Made by a program: the position numbers and the translations under genes. From Bugula neritina (taxonomy: Eukaryota; Animalia; Bryozoa): a stretch of DNA of 64,000 nt. The stretch spans positions 28,350,628 through 28,414,627 of the forward strand of contig OZ037767.1 in assembly GCA_964035545.1 (NCBI GenBank), read 5' to 3'. This document shows positions 1-13,436 of the stretch, in pieces. The first letter of the stretch is position 1; every line of letters begins with the position of its first letter. Below the pieces are notes generated by a model that searched no databases, was not told where the DNA came from, and saw only the letters and a program-made list of their open reading frames with translations.

Positions 1-571
1 AAGTTGCCAAAATTGATAATTGAGATGTACAGTTGCTTTTTTGTAACAAGTTGACAAACTGTATCCGGTAGCATTGGTTAAGGTTGCGTACTGCTGTACA
101 GATGTGAGTAATAGCTTTACTTGGTCAGTTCACAGAGAGGTATCTTAACTGCATGTCAAACCTTAAGTGGTGGAAATTTTATTTTAATTATATGTGATTG
201 TGTCATTTGAAATTTTTATTCTCTTTTCAAATTGCTTTGAGTAAAGTTTTAATAAGAAATACTAGTTTAGAGTTGAACTATTGTATCCTGTGTGTTGAGT
301 ATCCTAGCTTGCAGTTACATAAGCTGAGGTTCAAATTAGTTCAACAATGTACCACGGTTATTTAATTTTTATATCAGCCCAGTTGAAGATAATGCAGCCT
401 GTATATCCCGAACTTGGGTTTGTACCTGGTGAGAAGTTGTTGCCACATATACATATCACAGGCTGCCAGTCTACATTTTGACGTCCAAGTAGCTTCTTTT
501 GAGCTTTAAAGCACATATTTCTAAACAGCTATATTTTTAGCTCAGTAAAAGTATCTTTCTCTTCATTTCTA

Positions 572-860
572 TACACTTCACATCTGCAGGTAATAGCACA
601 TCTGAAAAAGATGTGACAGATGCTGAACATGTGACGTGCAAAAGGTGTCACATCTGCAGGTAATGTGACGTCTGCAGAAGATGTGATGTATGCAGAAGAT
701 GTCACATGTGCAGGTAATGTGACATTTGCAGAAGATGTGATGTATGCAGAAGGTGTGACTTGTGTAGAGGGTGTGTATCTGGGTAATGTGACATCTGCAG
801 AAGATGGGACGTCTGTAAAAAGTGTGACGTATACAGCATGTGTCACATATGCAGGTGATG
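572..860. repeat. Degenerate ~18-bp minisatellite (GATGTGACATCTGCAGAA-like)
   Basis: Recurrent tgtgac..tgcag(aa/gt) units at ~18-bp spacing. This explains the repetitive ORFs 529-882(-) and 665-901(+). Confidence 0.85.
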
Positions 861-3627
861 TGGCCCTTGCTTGTTTGGTCATGCTGTTATTTCTAAGTTA
901 GCATACCTATAACTACATATATATAAATTTATTATAGCTAACTATTTGACCAATAATGGTTTTTTCCATGTGTGATATTTGAACTACTTTTTTGAAATTC
1001 TTTTAGTAAATTGCAGCCCATTTAGTTTAAAGATGAAACATGCTTTGATATTCCACCATATAAACTATTTAGTGCAGCACGCACAAGCATCATGCCGAAC
1101 ACAACCCATACAGACAAGTGATCAGGCAATCTTCCCTAATATTAAACGTGACATATCTCATGCCGGCAGTAAATATTCCCATTTTAGGAAATTTATGTTT
1201 ACCAATTGTTTCTCAAAATAAATTCCTGACTCATACTGAATAAGTGGCATACTAGTAACTGCCAATAATTCCAAACATGTAAGGTATAACCCATATCAAT
1301 TAGCTATTAACTTAGCAAGTATATGTGACATTTTCGACACATGTCTAATTTCATAGCTGCGATAACACTTCTCTTTTGTAAAGTTCAACAGGTGATTCTT
1401 TATTAATCCACTAGAAATACTTTTTCATAAACTTGCTGATGGGGTTCTCATATGTGATTGGAGGCTGAATAAGCTCTTTTTAGCACACATTTCTCATATA
1501 CTTCAAAATTGTGTCTGCAAAAAATTTTAGATGATGTTGGTGAACACGCAGTCACCTCCCACTATACCCTCAATCTCGGACGATTGAAGACATTGCGTCA
1601 AACTCGCAGCTACTAAGCTTACTGCAGATCAAATGAAATCTGTACCAATTGTTCATACTTCTTACAAGCTTTAATCTCATTATACCAGATGATCAGGGCT
1701 TACTCTGCCTACAACTTCCCAGATGTCTCATGAGACTAACACATAATAAACAGATAAGGGTGCTTGTGATTCCCGCAGCAGGTCAAGGCCAAACAGATCC
1801 ACTGCTCAGTTCTGAAACTACTTATTTCTGTTCATAAAGCTTCAAGCTCTGTTCATTACTACTTCACAAGGTAGTAGCAGCTTCAACATACTGTTTCCTA
1901 TTTAACTTACCCATTCATCATTTTCTGTCATTGATTTATAATCGGCTGCTTTCATGTCAAAATTTGATCTCCACCTATCCAAGTAAATTATCCATCAGCC
2001 AGTTTAAAATTATGTTTTCCAGTTACAGAAAAACTTGTATTGTACTTTTGCATGACATCTGCAACTTGAAAGTAAATGGGGGACAGGATATGAAGGCTTA
2101 CAATAAATGGTGAATGTGAACATAGATATGAGTTTTGCCAACCGCCACTGCTTCTTAAACCAATGTTTATTATAATTTAAGCATCTTACCGTTTGCATTT
2201 TTAAAAAGTGGCTATTTTTCTAGTGCTTGACCAATAAACCAAGTATTCATTGAAACATATATAATATGTCACCAACATTACTGCAAACTGTCGTTAAATC
2301 TAGTTTAGCTGCAGTTTCTAATTGTAGCCCATGGCCAAATGCTTGAACTTACAAGGGACATTTCTTTATCACCTCTTTGGGTGGGATATTCACTAATACA
2401 ACCTACCAATAACTACTAGTAACATTTATCGCAACTGACTACTTTTACTAATAACCATCAATTACTACTGCACTGGTTGCTAATGTTACAGTGTGCTTTA
2501 ACTGTTACTGGCTACTAGAGCCAAATACAACTGGGAGAACCTTGGAATATTTTGCACGACAAGTAACTGTTCAGTACAAGCATAGAGCATCATAAATCAC
2601 TCTACTAAAGGCATGCAGGGGTGGGAGGAAACATGGTGAACATATTTGATGGGTTTTTTAATTAGATTTCTGCACAAGAAGGAAATTGTAGAGTTTGAAG
2701 GTAGCTGGTGCACAATATCTAGTCTGCCACCTAAGTTATGAATGGCAAGGGGTAGCTAAAACCAATATACTTACTATAAAGTTTCTGTGCTTTGTTGTAA
2801 AAATTTTTTTGATTTTATTTGGTGACCATGAAAAAAGTTGAAAAATGGTTTTTTTCTGCTGCTCTGTTTTCTTTCGTGTCTTGCCCTTATGTTTGTGTGC
2901 AACCTAGATTCTATGGCTTAGCTTCTTAGACCTAATAAAGAGGTAATGAAGGGGATGATTGTTGTAACACTGGGTAATACCATGATAATCCCGTCCCACT
3001 TTAACTTTGTTAGCCCTCCTAATCATACTCTCTTACCAATTACTGTCATAACTTTCTGATCCTATGCAACCAATTACTTCTGATAATCAGCTTAACCCAT
3101 CATTAACTTGAATTCCTACAGCGTAATAATTTACAAAGAAACCCATTATGAAAAGAGCACCATTTCTATCTGGTAACAATCATTTGCTAATTAATTTATA
3201 TTTTTCACTTCTGATTTAATGCTGATTCTTAACTGAAACTAAATATGCTGTACTTTAATTTAGCTATTAGCTTTTTAGCTAAATTTGATAGTCTCAAATA
3301 AAACTTGCAGTATAAAATACTTTCATATTATGATCAACAAAGCAGCCTTCAAACCTATTAATATATATATTCACAGTTTGAACTTTTGATAAGATTTTAG
3401 TTATATTAAGAATCAGAAATAAACTTAAAATCTAACCCAATGCTAATAAGCAGAAAATTTATTGTACTAAAAATAGGCGTTTAGCTCAGGTAAATCGATA
3501 ACCATCCACCTGTAAATTCCAGCTAAGGGATACTCCCAAAAGTTTTTTTTAAATAATTGTCAACTCAACAGCGTATACTATTGTATGCAAATGTTTTTTG
3601 AATATTCATTAAAATTTTAGCCTAAAT

Positions 3628-3959
3628 ATGAGGGCTTGTGTCAAAAGTTTGGTGTAATTTATTTTGTTTTGAACATTGCTGCTATTCAAATCGTTTTATC
3701 CTAAAATGTAATACCTGTCTGTGACGGATTATTGTTCAACGGAGAATCACCAATGCAAATTATGCATACATTTTCATGATGTTTACCCGCCCATTCATGA
3801 CAGCTGATGATTGTATGGGCGCAAGGCATGTTGACAGCTGATAGTTCAACAAGGTGTAATACAACAGCAAGTGACAGAAAATGTTTGCTTCAAGCAAGAA
3901 GTACTCTCCTTTATCAAACATGCAACTGTAATCCATTGTTTTGAGCACCTTTACTTGTA
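3628..3959. mobile_element. Possible degenerate Tc1/mariner-type non-autonomous element
   Basis: Left end tatgagggcttgtgtcaaaa and right end ttttgagcacctttacttgta are loosely inverted and TA-bounded. No transposase ORF; heavily diverged. Confidence 0.25.
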
Positions 3960-5491
3960 GCCCACCTACAAACTTATAACTGATTGTTGGACTCTAATAG
4001 TTTATCTTCTGCACAGTAGGCTGCATGGTTTTCATTTATCAAGTGTGTATCTTTAATGGAAATATTTAGATTGTAAGAGTAAAAACTATTATTCTTATGT
4101 GTTTTTGAAAAATAAATCATTAAGAATTCCCATACAACCAGTTACAGAATCTAGTGAAGCATATCGTTTTTTGTTCCAAGTGTACAATCTAAACCCCCAT
4201 TTCCCATTTAAATACTTAGCCTAGCCAAGTATTCTATTAAATTTTACTTCACATACAACTTCATTTACATTTTTAGTCTAGCATTAATTTCGAAAATATG
4301 CCTTTACCTTTAAATACGTTCTGCTATGTTGAATATATTTAGTTAAATTTAGCCCCTGGTCTACTATTGTTTGACCACACAGCCCTGATAAAGACACAGA
4401 GTAACTCAAGTGTGACGGTGTAGAGGAATATTAATTGGTTCTCAGACTTTGATTAATGTGTACAGGTCTAACTGAATAATAGTAGCTTGTTTGGCTGTGA
4501 TAGCTTAGCCTACATGTTATAAGATATTAGGGTTAATTCTGGGGAGCCCAACTTTAGAACTTTCTTATGTTAAACTAGAAACTAAACTATATTTCTTTTA
4601 ATTTTGTTACACCCACACTTATGGATTTTCCTCATTTCATTAGCCTTTAAATTATAGATGAACAGCAAGATGAGAAAGATATCCGTCGTGCAATACGCCT
4701 TTTCACAACTCCATCTTTGACTTTCTTCTCAAGTTCTATATGAAATCTGTGTTTTTTGTTGTGAAGATGTCAATGACCTAAAGTATTAGATTGCCAACAT
4801 TTGGACAGTGTAGTTAGTCATTTGTCCATGATTTACTTTCTTTTCTGTAGAATTATGCTGATAAAAAAGCATTAGGTGCTCCCTTGTGAGACTTTGTATA
4901 GACTGCACTCTGCACTAACGATACTCATCAGTTGTAGCCCTGATTACTGCCTATTTACAAAATTGATTTAGGGGAGGGTTCATTGATGTCTCTTGTTATG
5001 TGAAGGGTGAAATTGGTAGGCAGCCTGTTTTGTCTTCCCAGAAGCAGAGACAAACTCTGCAAATAGTTTGCTGCAGAAGTATTTTTGTTGAACAGTTCAC
5101 AACGAGCAATGTTTAGGTTACCACAAGGCTTGTGATGTATAATATTTAATCATCAGAGTCAAATATATACAGGAAAAGACTGCGAAAGTTCAGTGAGTCT
5201 GGGAAAACACCAACACAATGTTGTTTAAAGAGAATCTGTGAGAATATATGCAACTGTGTCCTCAACTTTGTCTTTAGGAAATTATCCAGTTGGTTTCATG
5301 AGCTCTCAGTGGCCTACACCCACCAGGGCACTGGTTGGCTGTTGTCACATATTCCCACACAATGGTGATCATGGTTTCCAGAAATGCTAACTAGGGATTT
5401 TAATTTATTGTGTTGATAGATTAAGATTTTGTTCTGCTAGTCAAAGCCTCGGATGCCATCTGCAAAAAGTAATTCTAATTGTTCATTTTCC

Positions 5492-5607
5492 CTTGTTGCT
5501 GCTGACGCTACTGCTACTGCTGCTGATGCTGTTCATACTGTAGCTGCTGCTAATGCTGCTTTTCTTTTGGTCGGTTTCGCTGCCGCTGTTGCTGTTGATA
5601 CTGCTAA
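5492..5607. repeat. Degenerate (GCT/GTT)n trinucleotide tract
   Basis: gctgctgacgctactgctactgctgctgatgctg... seen directly. Confidence 0.8.
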
Positions 5608-6677
5608 TATTGTAGACACCTAGAGCAGATGTCAACTCTCTAATCAAATATTTAATTAAGAAGAAACAGTTATATTCTAATATGAAAAGTCCCCCTCGAC
5701 ATTGCACTCAGAAAAACACATTTCATTCTCAGTGCAAGAATCTCCCCATTATAAGAGATTGTATCAAGGCATCAAATAGTGTGCCTGCTGCATGACAAGG
5801 CTTGGCTGATTGTGAAAAAGCCTTCCAGCTATATGTCAACCCATATTTTGCTGAGTCGTGATGTGGACTATATTCTAGCTGTGTCAAGTATGTGTGGTCT
5901 ATTTTACATTTTAATTCCTTTGTTCTTAAATTGTATTTTAATTTCAATAATCTCATGTCACCTTTATACCTTTAGTAATAATTCAAATGTCAATCAGTGT
6001 GACTTCTGAAAGATATATTTATAGTTGAGATACACACAAATATCAAACGAGCCACAGAGTATATATAAATTGAAAAGCTAACAGCTGCATTGAGTGGTAA
6101 ACAACCACTTTGCTACATCAAATTTAAAATTGAGAATTTTCAACACAGAGACAGGCTTTCTGAAACAATTTCAGTCCTTAAGAAAAATAAATATCATGTT
6201 TTTACAATTATGCAATATGAGCAAAAATTTTAGTGAAGCACTCTTTTTCTACCCCTTGATCATTGGTCTTTATTTCCGTCCTAATTTAGGTCTTGCCTAT
6301 CCATGAAAGGCTTTAAGGAAAATATTTAATCATTTTTTAAAAAAATTATGATGATATTATTGCATATTTAAAATCTATCAATCATTCTTTTGGAGAAGAA
6401 TTTGGCACTCTCTCTAAACTATTTGCTGGGTTTCAACAGTATACTTTCTTCTTACAACTTAGCCCTGGTTGTCTTTTTAAGAAAGTAGCATTACTGTAAA
6501 AGCAATCGATTCTTTTTAAAACTCCAAATTTAGTTTTTGAGCTTTTCAGCTGAAAGTAGAGAATTTTCTAGAATTGGCTACTAAAGCAATAATATTCGTA
6601 TGCTGGTTTGATATTTAATTCGAAATAGGGAACAGCATCAAGTTCATACACAGCAATGGGCATTAGGCATATGCCAT

Positions 6678-6838
6678 GCACAGTCTACTGGTACACAGTC
6701 TATTGGTACACAGTCTACTGGTACACAGTCTACTGGTACACAGTCTACTGGTACACAGTCTACTGATACACAGTCTACTGGTACACAGTCTACCATGATA
6801 CACAGTCTACCATGATACACAGTCTACCATGTTACACA
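6678..6838. repeat. 15-17-bp tandem repeat (GTACACAGTCTACTG), ~10 copies
   Basis: Direct tandem units; the last three are 17-bp variants (tacacagtctaccatga). Confidence 0.95.
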
Positions 6839-8410
6839 CACAGCTGGTGTGCAGTTTACCAAAACATCATTTACTAAGACGAAAGTAATGCCATAGCGAA
6901 ATGGAATGAATTTGTCACAATAAATATCAGTTTTTGCTGACTTAGAAATGACCCATTTATCTACTTAGCTCAGCTCAACCCACTGGGTTAATTTGCCCAT
7001 TTGTCCCCTCTGTCCACGTCACACATAAGCAGTTTATTTGACACCCGATTAGTAGTCCGCAAGCACCCTCTGGACTGTCTCTGAATCACACCAACATTCC
7101 AAACTGTGTTGGAGATCCACTGGTACAGATCTGGTTTCTCCAGATTATAAAATATTCAGCTATTAATGTTACTGTGTGGTTTAACATCTGTCTTTACCAC
7201 CTACATGTGGATTATTATATTAATTTTATTTGTTAATTCCTTCAGAGTCGCTAAAGTCAAATCAGATGCTTATGAAGGTTTTATATCTGCTTAGCTTCTG
7301 AGATATTCTGCTTCCCATCTTGTTAACTCTAGATCATGTCCGCAACTACTTCCTTTATTTTCTGTTTTAACCAAAGAGAACACATGACTACGAAATCAGC
7401 AGACTTTGCAGCCGCCAAGTAACATGCTACAATGGAATAATACTCCAAGCTTTAATTACACTTCTTTCTGCTACAATGCTGCTATTGGTCAGCCATTGAT
7501 AGGTTGGCTGACCAACGTAAGATAATTCAGCTTCTGCAAATATTAAAATATTTTTTAAAAACCAAATTTTTTTGATTCTTCTCAAACTATTCTCTATTAG
7601 GTTCTTTTATTGAAACTTATACTGGGCAAGTTCATTGCTACTGCAGCCGGTAAAGAAGTCCTCGTTGGTGGCTACTATCTATTCGGTTCTAATTGCTGGT
7701 TAGCTAGTTTGGTGAGTTGAGTTGAAAACAGCTTCATTAAACAGAGCAACTATAACACCAGTAGCTGACAAACACAGATCTATACTTCTGACAGTCAACA
7801 GCAATTCTGGGCAATATTTCAACTTCTAATAGCGGAAATCTGCCATTCCCAGCTTCAATATAAATTACAAATATCTTTCTTTAAATTTTTCAATTTTTGC
7901 ATTTGGATTGAAACTGAATAATAAGCCTCCAAACCTTTAATAATTAAGAAATCTTTGGACTGCGCTCAAGAGCCATAAAGCAGGATTAACCAATAATAAT
8001 GAAGGCTTATAATAAAAATAAAATCGTGTCTACTCCTTTGATTTTAAATAGCCTTGTTTTCAACAGTGGCTTGCCCCACCTATATTTTTAAGTTGGTGAG
8101 ACATACAGTAGTTTTATCCCTCTGTTATATAGCCAACTACCAAATTGTTTGGTCACTATGAATCAGTCAAATATCCCGAATGACACAAAAACCTTTTTAT
8201 GGCCTTTGCTGGAATGTCATCTCTAAGTTGGCAAGTTTTATGTAACCCAGAGCTTAGACTAAGAGCTTTGAGAAAGTATTGAAGGGGAGCCAGTTGACTA
8301 CTCGAATTAAGTTATTCATTAATGGATCAATGTTGATGGGAAGCTTTTGGCTATGATGTCACTTATCAAACTGATAGTTTTATTATTACTAAGCATACGC
8401 TTTATTTATC

Positions 8411-8622
8411 GAGCAGCCTAGAGGTCTAGAGGTTAGGGCGTTTGTCTAGTAAACACCAGGTCATGGGTTCGAGCCCTGACAAAGGCCCTTGGTGATGTTA
8501 GGAAGAGCATCCAGTCATAATTGCTCCTGTGCTTCATTTAAATAAGTCCTTAGCCCGCTTCAACAAAAACCCCTTACATCAGGGGTTTCTCACAGAGATC
8601 ACAACTATAAACTTGCGCGAGT
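8411..8622 (+). mobile_element. tRNA-derived SINE, copy 1
   Basis: A-box-like ggtctagaggttagg and B-box ggttcgagccc. Body ggtgatgttaggaagagcatccagtcataattgctc...ataagtccttag...actataaacttgcg aligns by eye with the two minus-strand copies. Confidence 0.85.
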
Positions 8623-10191
8623 TTTTAAGCATAGGCTTTATTTGAATTGGACAACCATGATTTTAACATTAATAGTCTAGCCTGCAAAGTGCTGTTCAAA
8701 ATTTTGTTTGAAAGTGTGCTTGTGTGTTGTTAAAATGTTGTTCTTAGTGCATTCTATAGTAGAGGTTGATATGTTCAAATTATTCCATATTCAGTTATAT
8801 ACAATTTTATAATGTTGTTTAACATTATTCTATTATCGCTCACTTGGGTAAGTTTAAACAAAAATAATTTCTCTCGGGCCTACTAGACTCTAGAGCTAGT
8901 CTGTGTTATATAATCATCGCTGATATTGCTTATTGCATCTGATAGGTAAAATGCCAAGTGCTAACCGGCCTTTGTGCTCGTGCATACATTTCACGTGCCT
9001 TGTCTCTTCAACTGTTACTTATACCAACTGCACGTTGACTTTTGATTAATTGCTCTTGATTGCTATAGCAAACAAGCCAATACCATAAATGGTCATGTAA
9101 TATAATGAACTTTTTAATATGATGCTATAAAATGGCATTAAGTTTAAATCTCAGCAATATCATTTAAAGTTTTCATTTAATAATATAAAACAACTTTATA
9201 AGAAACAGATAAGGTCGCCTACCAACATATTATATTATACAATAGCCTGGGCTGTCAGACTTTATGAGCCATGGATTGCTTACCATTATAATAGAATGGC
9301 TAAAGTAAACACCTTAGAGTTCTTTTGCCAGTCTGCGAGTTTATTGGCAAATTTTACGATGATATATGCTTGACGATATAAGAATTTCATTACTATTACA
9401 ATAATTATTTTTCAAATTGCGGGTGGAGAGGGGGGTCTTTAGTTTACTGTTTTGTATTTAACAATTTATAGAGAAAAACATTGAAGTGGATTTAGTTTTG
9501 TGTTAATATAGCTTTCCACTAAACTTACTGAGTTTAACCAATGGGTGTATGCATTCTTTTAATGTTGTCATTCGAAGAAATTAAGCTACAAGTGCCATTG
9601 GATCAGTTATAGTCCTTCAAATTGCTAGGTTTGCACATAAAGTACATAAAATTGCGTTAATAATTAAAATAGCTCTTACCAAATTGACTGTCATCTCAGA
9701 TTGCACTACAACCATTAACGGATACAATTATCATAAGAAGGCAAAATATTTATCTCTTCCGCTTTTTCAGCAAGAATACCAACTTCTCAAGTATTATTAA
9801 GAATTGTGGGTGAATGAACTAAACTATGATTTAAGTTTTGGCGGTTCTACGTTTTAATTGAAAGTATTTATGATCATATTAATAGACAATTTTTTTATTT
9901 ACCTCAACCTACGCACGAAGAATTAGTATAATAATCGAGGGGCTTGGGGATTAATATAAGTATTCAGTAATTGATGAGTTTTTATCATTAGGTGAGAGCT
10001 TCAACGCACATTAAATTATATTAATAGTTCGAATTTATAACATCTTTTAGAATGAAACTATTTTGTTAATTTTTGCTTTTGGACAGTTATTTTCTGTCAT
10101 TTTTTTAAAAATGATTAAATTAAATGTAACATCTTTAGATTTTAAATGCTTTAGCACAACATCTGAGGCATTAGGCAACTGGATTTGTGCC

Positions 10192-10300
10192 GTGAGTAGT
10201 TAGTAGTTAGAGTAGTGAGTAGTTAGTGTAGTGAGTAGTTAGTGTAGTTAGTAGTTAGTGTAGTGAATAGGTAGTGTAGTGAGTAGTTAGTGTATAGTGA
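10192..10300. repeat. Degenerate GTGAGTAGTTAGT-type tandem repeat
   Basis: Repeated agtagttagt/gtagtgagt units. Confidence 0.85.
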
Positions 10301-10728
10301 GCCTTCTCTGTTTCCACTTAGTACTATTATTATTACTATCACTACTTGGTTTAGAATGGGAGAAATTTCTTCCATTTGTTTGCACTTTGAAGCTGTGTAT
10401 CATAATGATCTCAAGTACTCATATTTTGGATTAGAATCTGTTTTCTTAAAGTCAAAGAGTATGTCGTAATGAGTGAGCCTTAAACTTAGCAAATCAAGAT
10501 ACTTTACAGTGCAGTTGGCAGACTGTGTCATTAGCAAGTTATGCAATAGAAATACAATATTGCATGAAGCTACACGTCTTGCAATGGCCATTTTTTCAAC
10601 ATAAAAGTTACAACCAACTGAAAACATAGCAATATGATATTGAATATTAAAATCTAGCAACCAAAGATATAAAATGAAGAAGTTGAAACATTTCACATTA
10701 TAATTTGATAGAGTTAACAGACGCACTC

Positions 10729-11000
10729 ACTGCACACACTGCACACACTGCACACACTGCACACACTGCACACACTGCACACACTGCACACACCGCACAC
10801 ACCGCACACACCGCACACACCGCACACACCGCACACACCGCACACACCGCACACACCGCACACACCGCACACACCGCACACACTGCACACACTGCACACA
10901 CTGCACACACTGCACACACTGCACACACTGCACACACTGCACACACTGCACACACTGCACACACTGCACACACTGCACACACTGCACACACTGCACACAC
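10729..11000. repeat. 9-bp tandem array (ACTGCACAC)n, ~30 copies, with a central ACCGCACAC block
   Basis: Near-perfect array; accounts for the TAH/CAV/CSV/QCV ORFs. Confidence 0.98.
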
Positions 11001-12917
11001 TACACGCACTACATATATGTTACACTGCATGTATTACACATACTACACACACTACGTAAATAACACGTACTACTGCACACACTGTTCATTATATACATGT
11101 CATCTTTAAGGTCAGTTTATCAATCCACAGTCCAGATGGGTGCAGTCCAAGTTAAAATAATTGCAAAATGTCTATTTCTACAATTTGAACAAGTGTTCAT
11201 CAATCATGCTTACTCTAGCTTAAATTAATAGAAAGTTTTCAGTCAAATAATTAAGGTCACACTGCAGGGCTTCAATTTTATTTGCTTTATAAAGATATGT
11301 TAGCTATTTGAACTTCACATTACTTTTGTTACAAAAACACATCCTCTGCATGCAATAATATAGGGTATGCCTTACTATATTTAATATGCATGAAACATAA
11401 ATTCATGTAATTATAGGTTACTTTCAATTAATAATAAGTATGTGAAGTGCTCACTACCACTTCAATACTACTGATTATAGTTGAGATGAAAGCAGGGCTG
11501 GGATATGGCAGAGAAATGTCATTATCAGCTTGTAGCTGGGTCTTCTGTGAAACGGTGTGAAAGACATGATTTCTGCTATAGATTGAGAGAATGTGCGGAG
11601 ATGTGAATATTTGGTATTTGTTGAAGTTCATGACTAATTACCTACTATAAAGTATTATTGCAATTTATTAGGTCATATTTTGTAACTCTTCGGGCAGTGG
11701 CTTCAATTATGTAGATTACCCAGTCACTTGCATGTCACAAACTCTTTCTTTCTGCTTCCAGATTGTCCATTACCGTTCTAGTTACTTGAAGTCAAATAAG
11801 TTGCCACTACTCTAGAGCATGATTTGAGTTACTGAGTAAATGACATGTGGATATAAAACATGGAGTATTAGCAAGTCATCAAAAACAGTTTTAAAAACAA
11901 TTATATATGCACTTTCATTCATCCTTGATTCATAATGTTCATGATAAGTGTTGTACCATTATTGTTAAGATAATTTCTGTTTTATAATTGTTGTGAAGAA
12001 CATGGTTTATTCTGCTAAGAGCAAATAGCTTACTATTTTGAAGGGTTAATACTGCTAGAAAACTCTAACCATGGGGACATGCGGATATCTCGAACTAACA
12101 GCTAGCTAACAATCTGTTTCAAACCAAAAATGAGTTGTTTTGTGATGATGAATGTTATTTTATCAAGATATCTAAGGGCCAGTGCAGAAATTTTGTGCAG
12201 ATCAAATAATCTAATTGGATGACTACCGTTTAACGGGCACACTTTTCGAGTTTTAAATTAATGCTTGTACTTTCCAATGATTCAGAGCGTTTTCTTATGT
12301 GTTTATATCTATCACTAGATTTATAGGTTAAAACCAAGTCAAAAATTCAAAGTTAAAACTTGCAAATTCTAAACTTGCATGCTGTTGCAGGCCCACAGAT
12401 CATTAAATTGTCAGTTCACAACTCTACAAAGATTAAACAAAGGTTGGGAAGACATCTTGTTCATGAGTCACACTTGTGTTATGTAGAAGAGTATGTAATT
12501 GAAATGTTTCTCTTTTATTCAACTGATTATTATGTAACACAATTGATGCGTTACATATACTTATTAGCATTCCAGCATGACTCAGCTATAATATGCATTA
12601 TGGGTATTGAGTGTTAATATTGTATCAAACTTTTAAAAACTCAGCTACTTAATATTCTAAAAAATAAACTAAATTTTATTTTGCTAAAGGCATTTAAATG
12701 TACACAGTTTCTCGCTACCTGAACAGGACAAAGCGGGAGATAGGTGAGAAAAAATCCAAATGTACACAGTTTGCCACAGAAAAATAAAACTGGTTTATTG
12801 GTAGCTTGTAAAAAGCATTGAAAGCTTAAACTGAGATAGCGTTTCACCAAGTGAAGTATATCCTATTATACAAGTGTTTCTTCCAATGACTAATTCTCTA
12901 ATAATCTTAAGTCACCG

Positions 12918-13269
12918 GAATCCTAAGAATTGGGAACATGGCAAGTGTCAGTTTTTGTTGCAAAGTTCATATCCTAAAACTTAGTCTGTGTACTTCTTGC
13001 AATGTATTTACACTCGCAGTTTGCAAACTTTGCATGGCTTAAAATGTTTGTAACTCATGCAAGTTTATAGTCGCCATCCCATGAGAAACCCATGAATCCT
13101 AAGAATTGGGAACATGGCAAGTGTCAGTTTTTGTTGCAAAGTTCATATCCTAAAACTTAGTCTGTGTACTTCTTGCAATGTATTTACACTCGCAGTTTGC
13201 AAACTTTGCATGGCTTAAAATGTTTGTAACTCACGCAAGTTTATAGTCGCCATCTGGTGAGAAACCTAT
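12918..13269. repeat. 176-bp direct tandem duplication
   Basis: gaatcctaagaattgggaac...gagaaacc starts at 12918 and again at 13094; the copies are nearly identical. Confidence 0.95.
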
Positions 13270-13436
13270 GATAGAAGGGCTCCCTTGATAAATCAGTCTA
13301 AGGACTTATATTCAGGTGGGGCACAAGAGCAGTTATGACTGGATGCACTTCAAACATCACTAATTCCTTTTGTCGGTTGAACCCAAGGCTTCCTGTTTAC
13401 TAAGAGAACGATTTAACCCCTAGACCACGACTGCTC
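13231..13436 (-). mobile_element. tRNA-derived SINE, copy 2
   Basis: Reverse complement gagcagtcgtggtctaggggttaa...gggttcaa...gtgatgtttgaagtgcatccagtcataactgctc...ataagtccttag...gactataaacttgcg is homologous to 8411-8622. Confidence 0.85.

Noticed and set aside
529-901. Mucin-like / hexapeptide-repeat ORFs on both strands
   Set aside because: Explained by an 18-bp minisatellite; no supporting exons found, though a gene continuing off the window edge cannot be fully excluded.
4657-6010. Exon-like GC-richer blocks with acceptor-like ends
   Set aside because: Frames are interrupted by stops and match no family I recognise, so a pseudogene call cannot be supported.
10698-11109. Multiple long ORFs on both strands (TAH, CAV, CSV, QCV repeats)
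   Set aside because: By-product of a stop-free 9-bp tandem array; no splice context or non-repetitive coding flanks.
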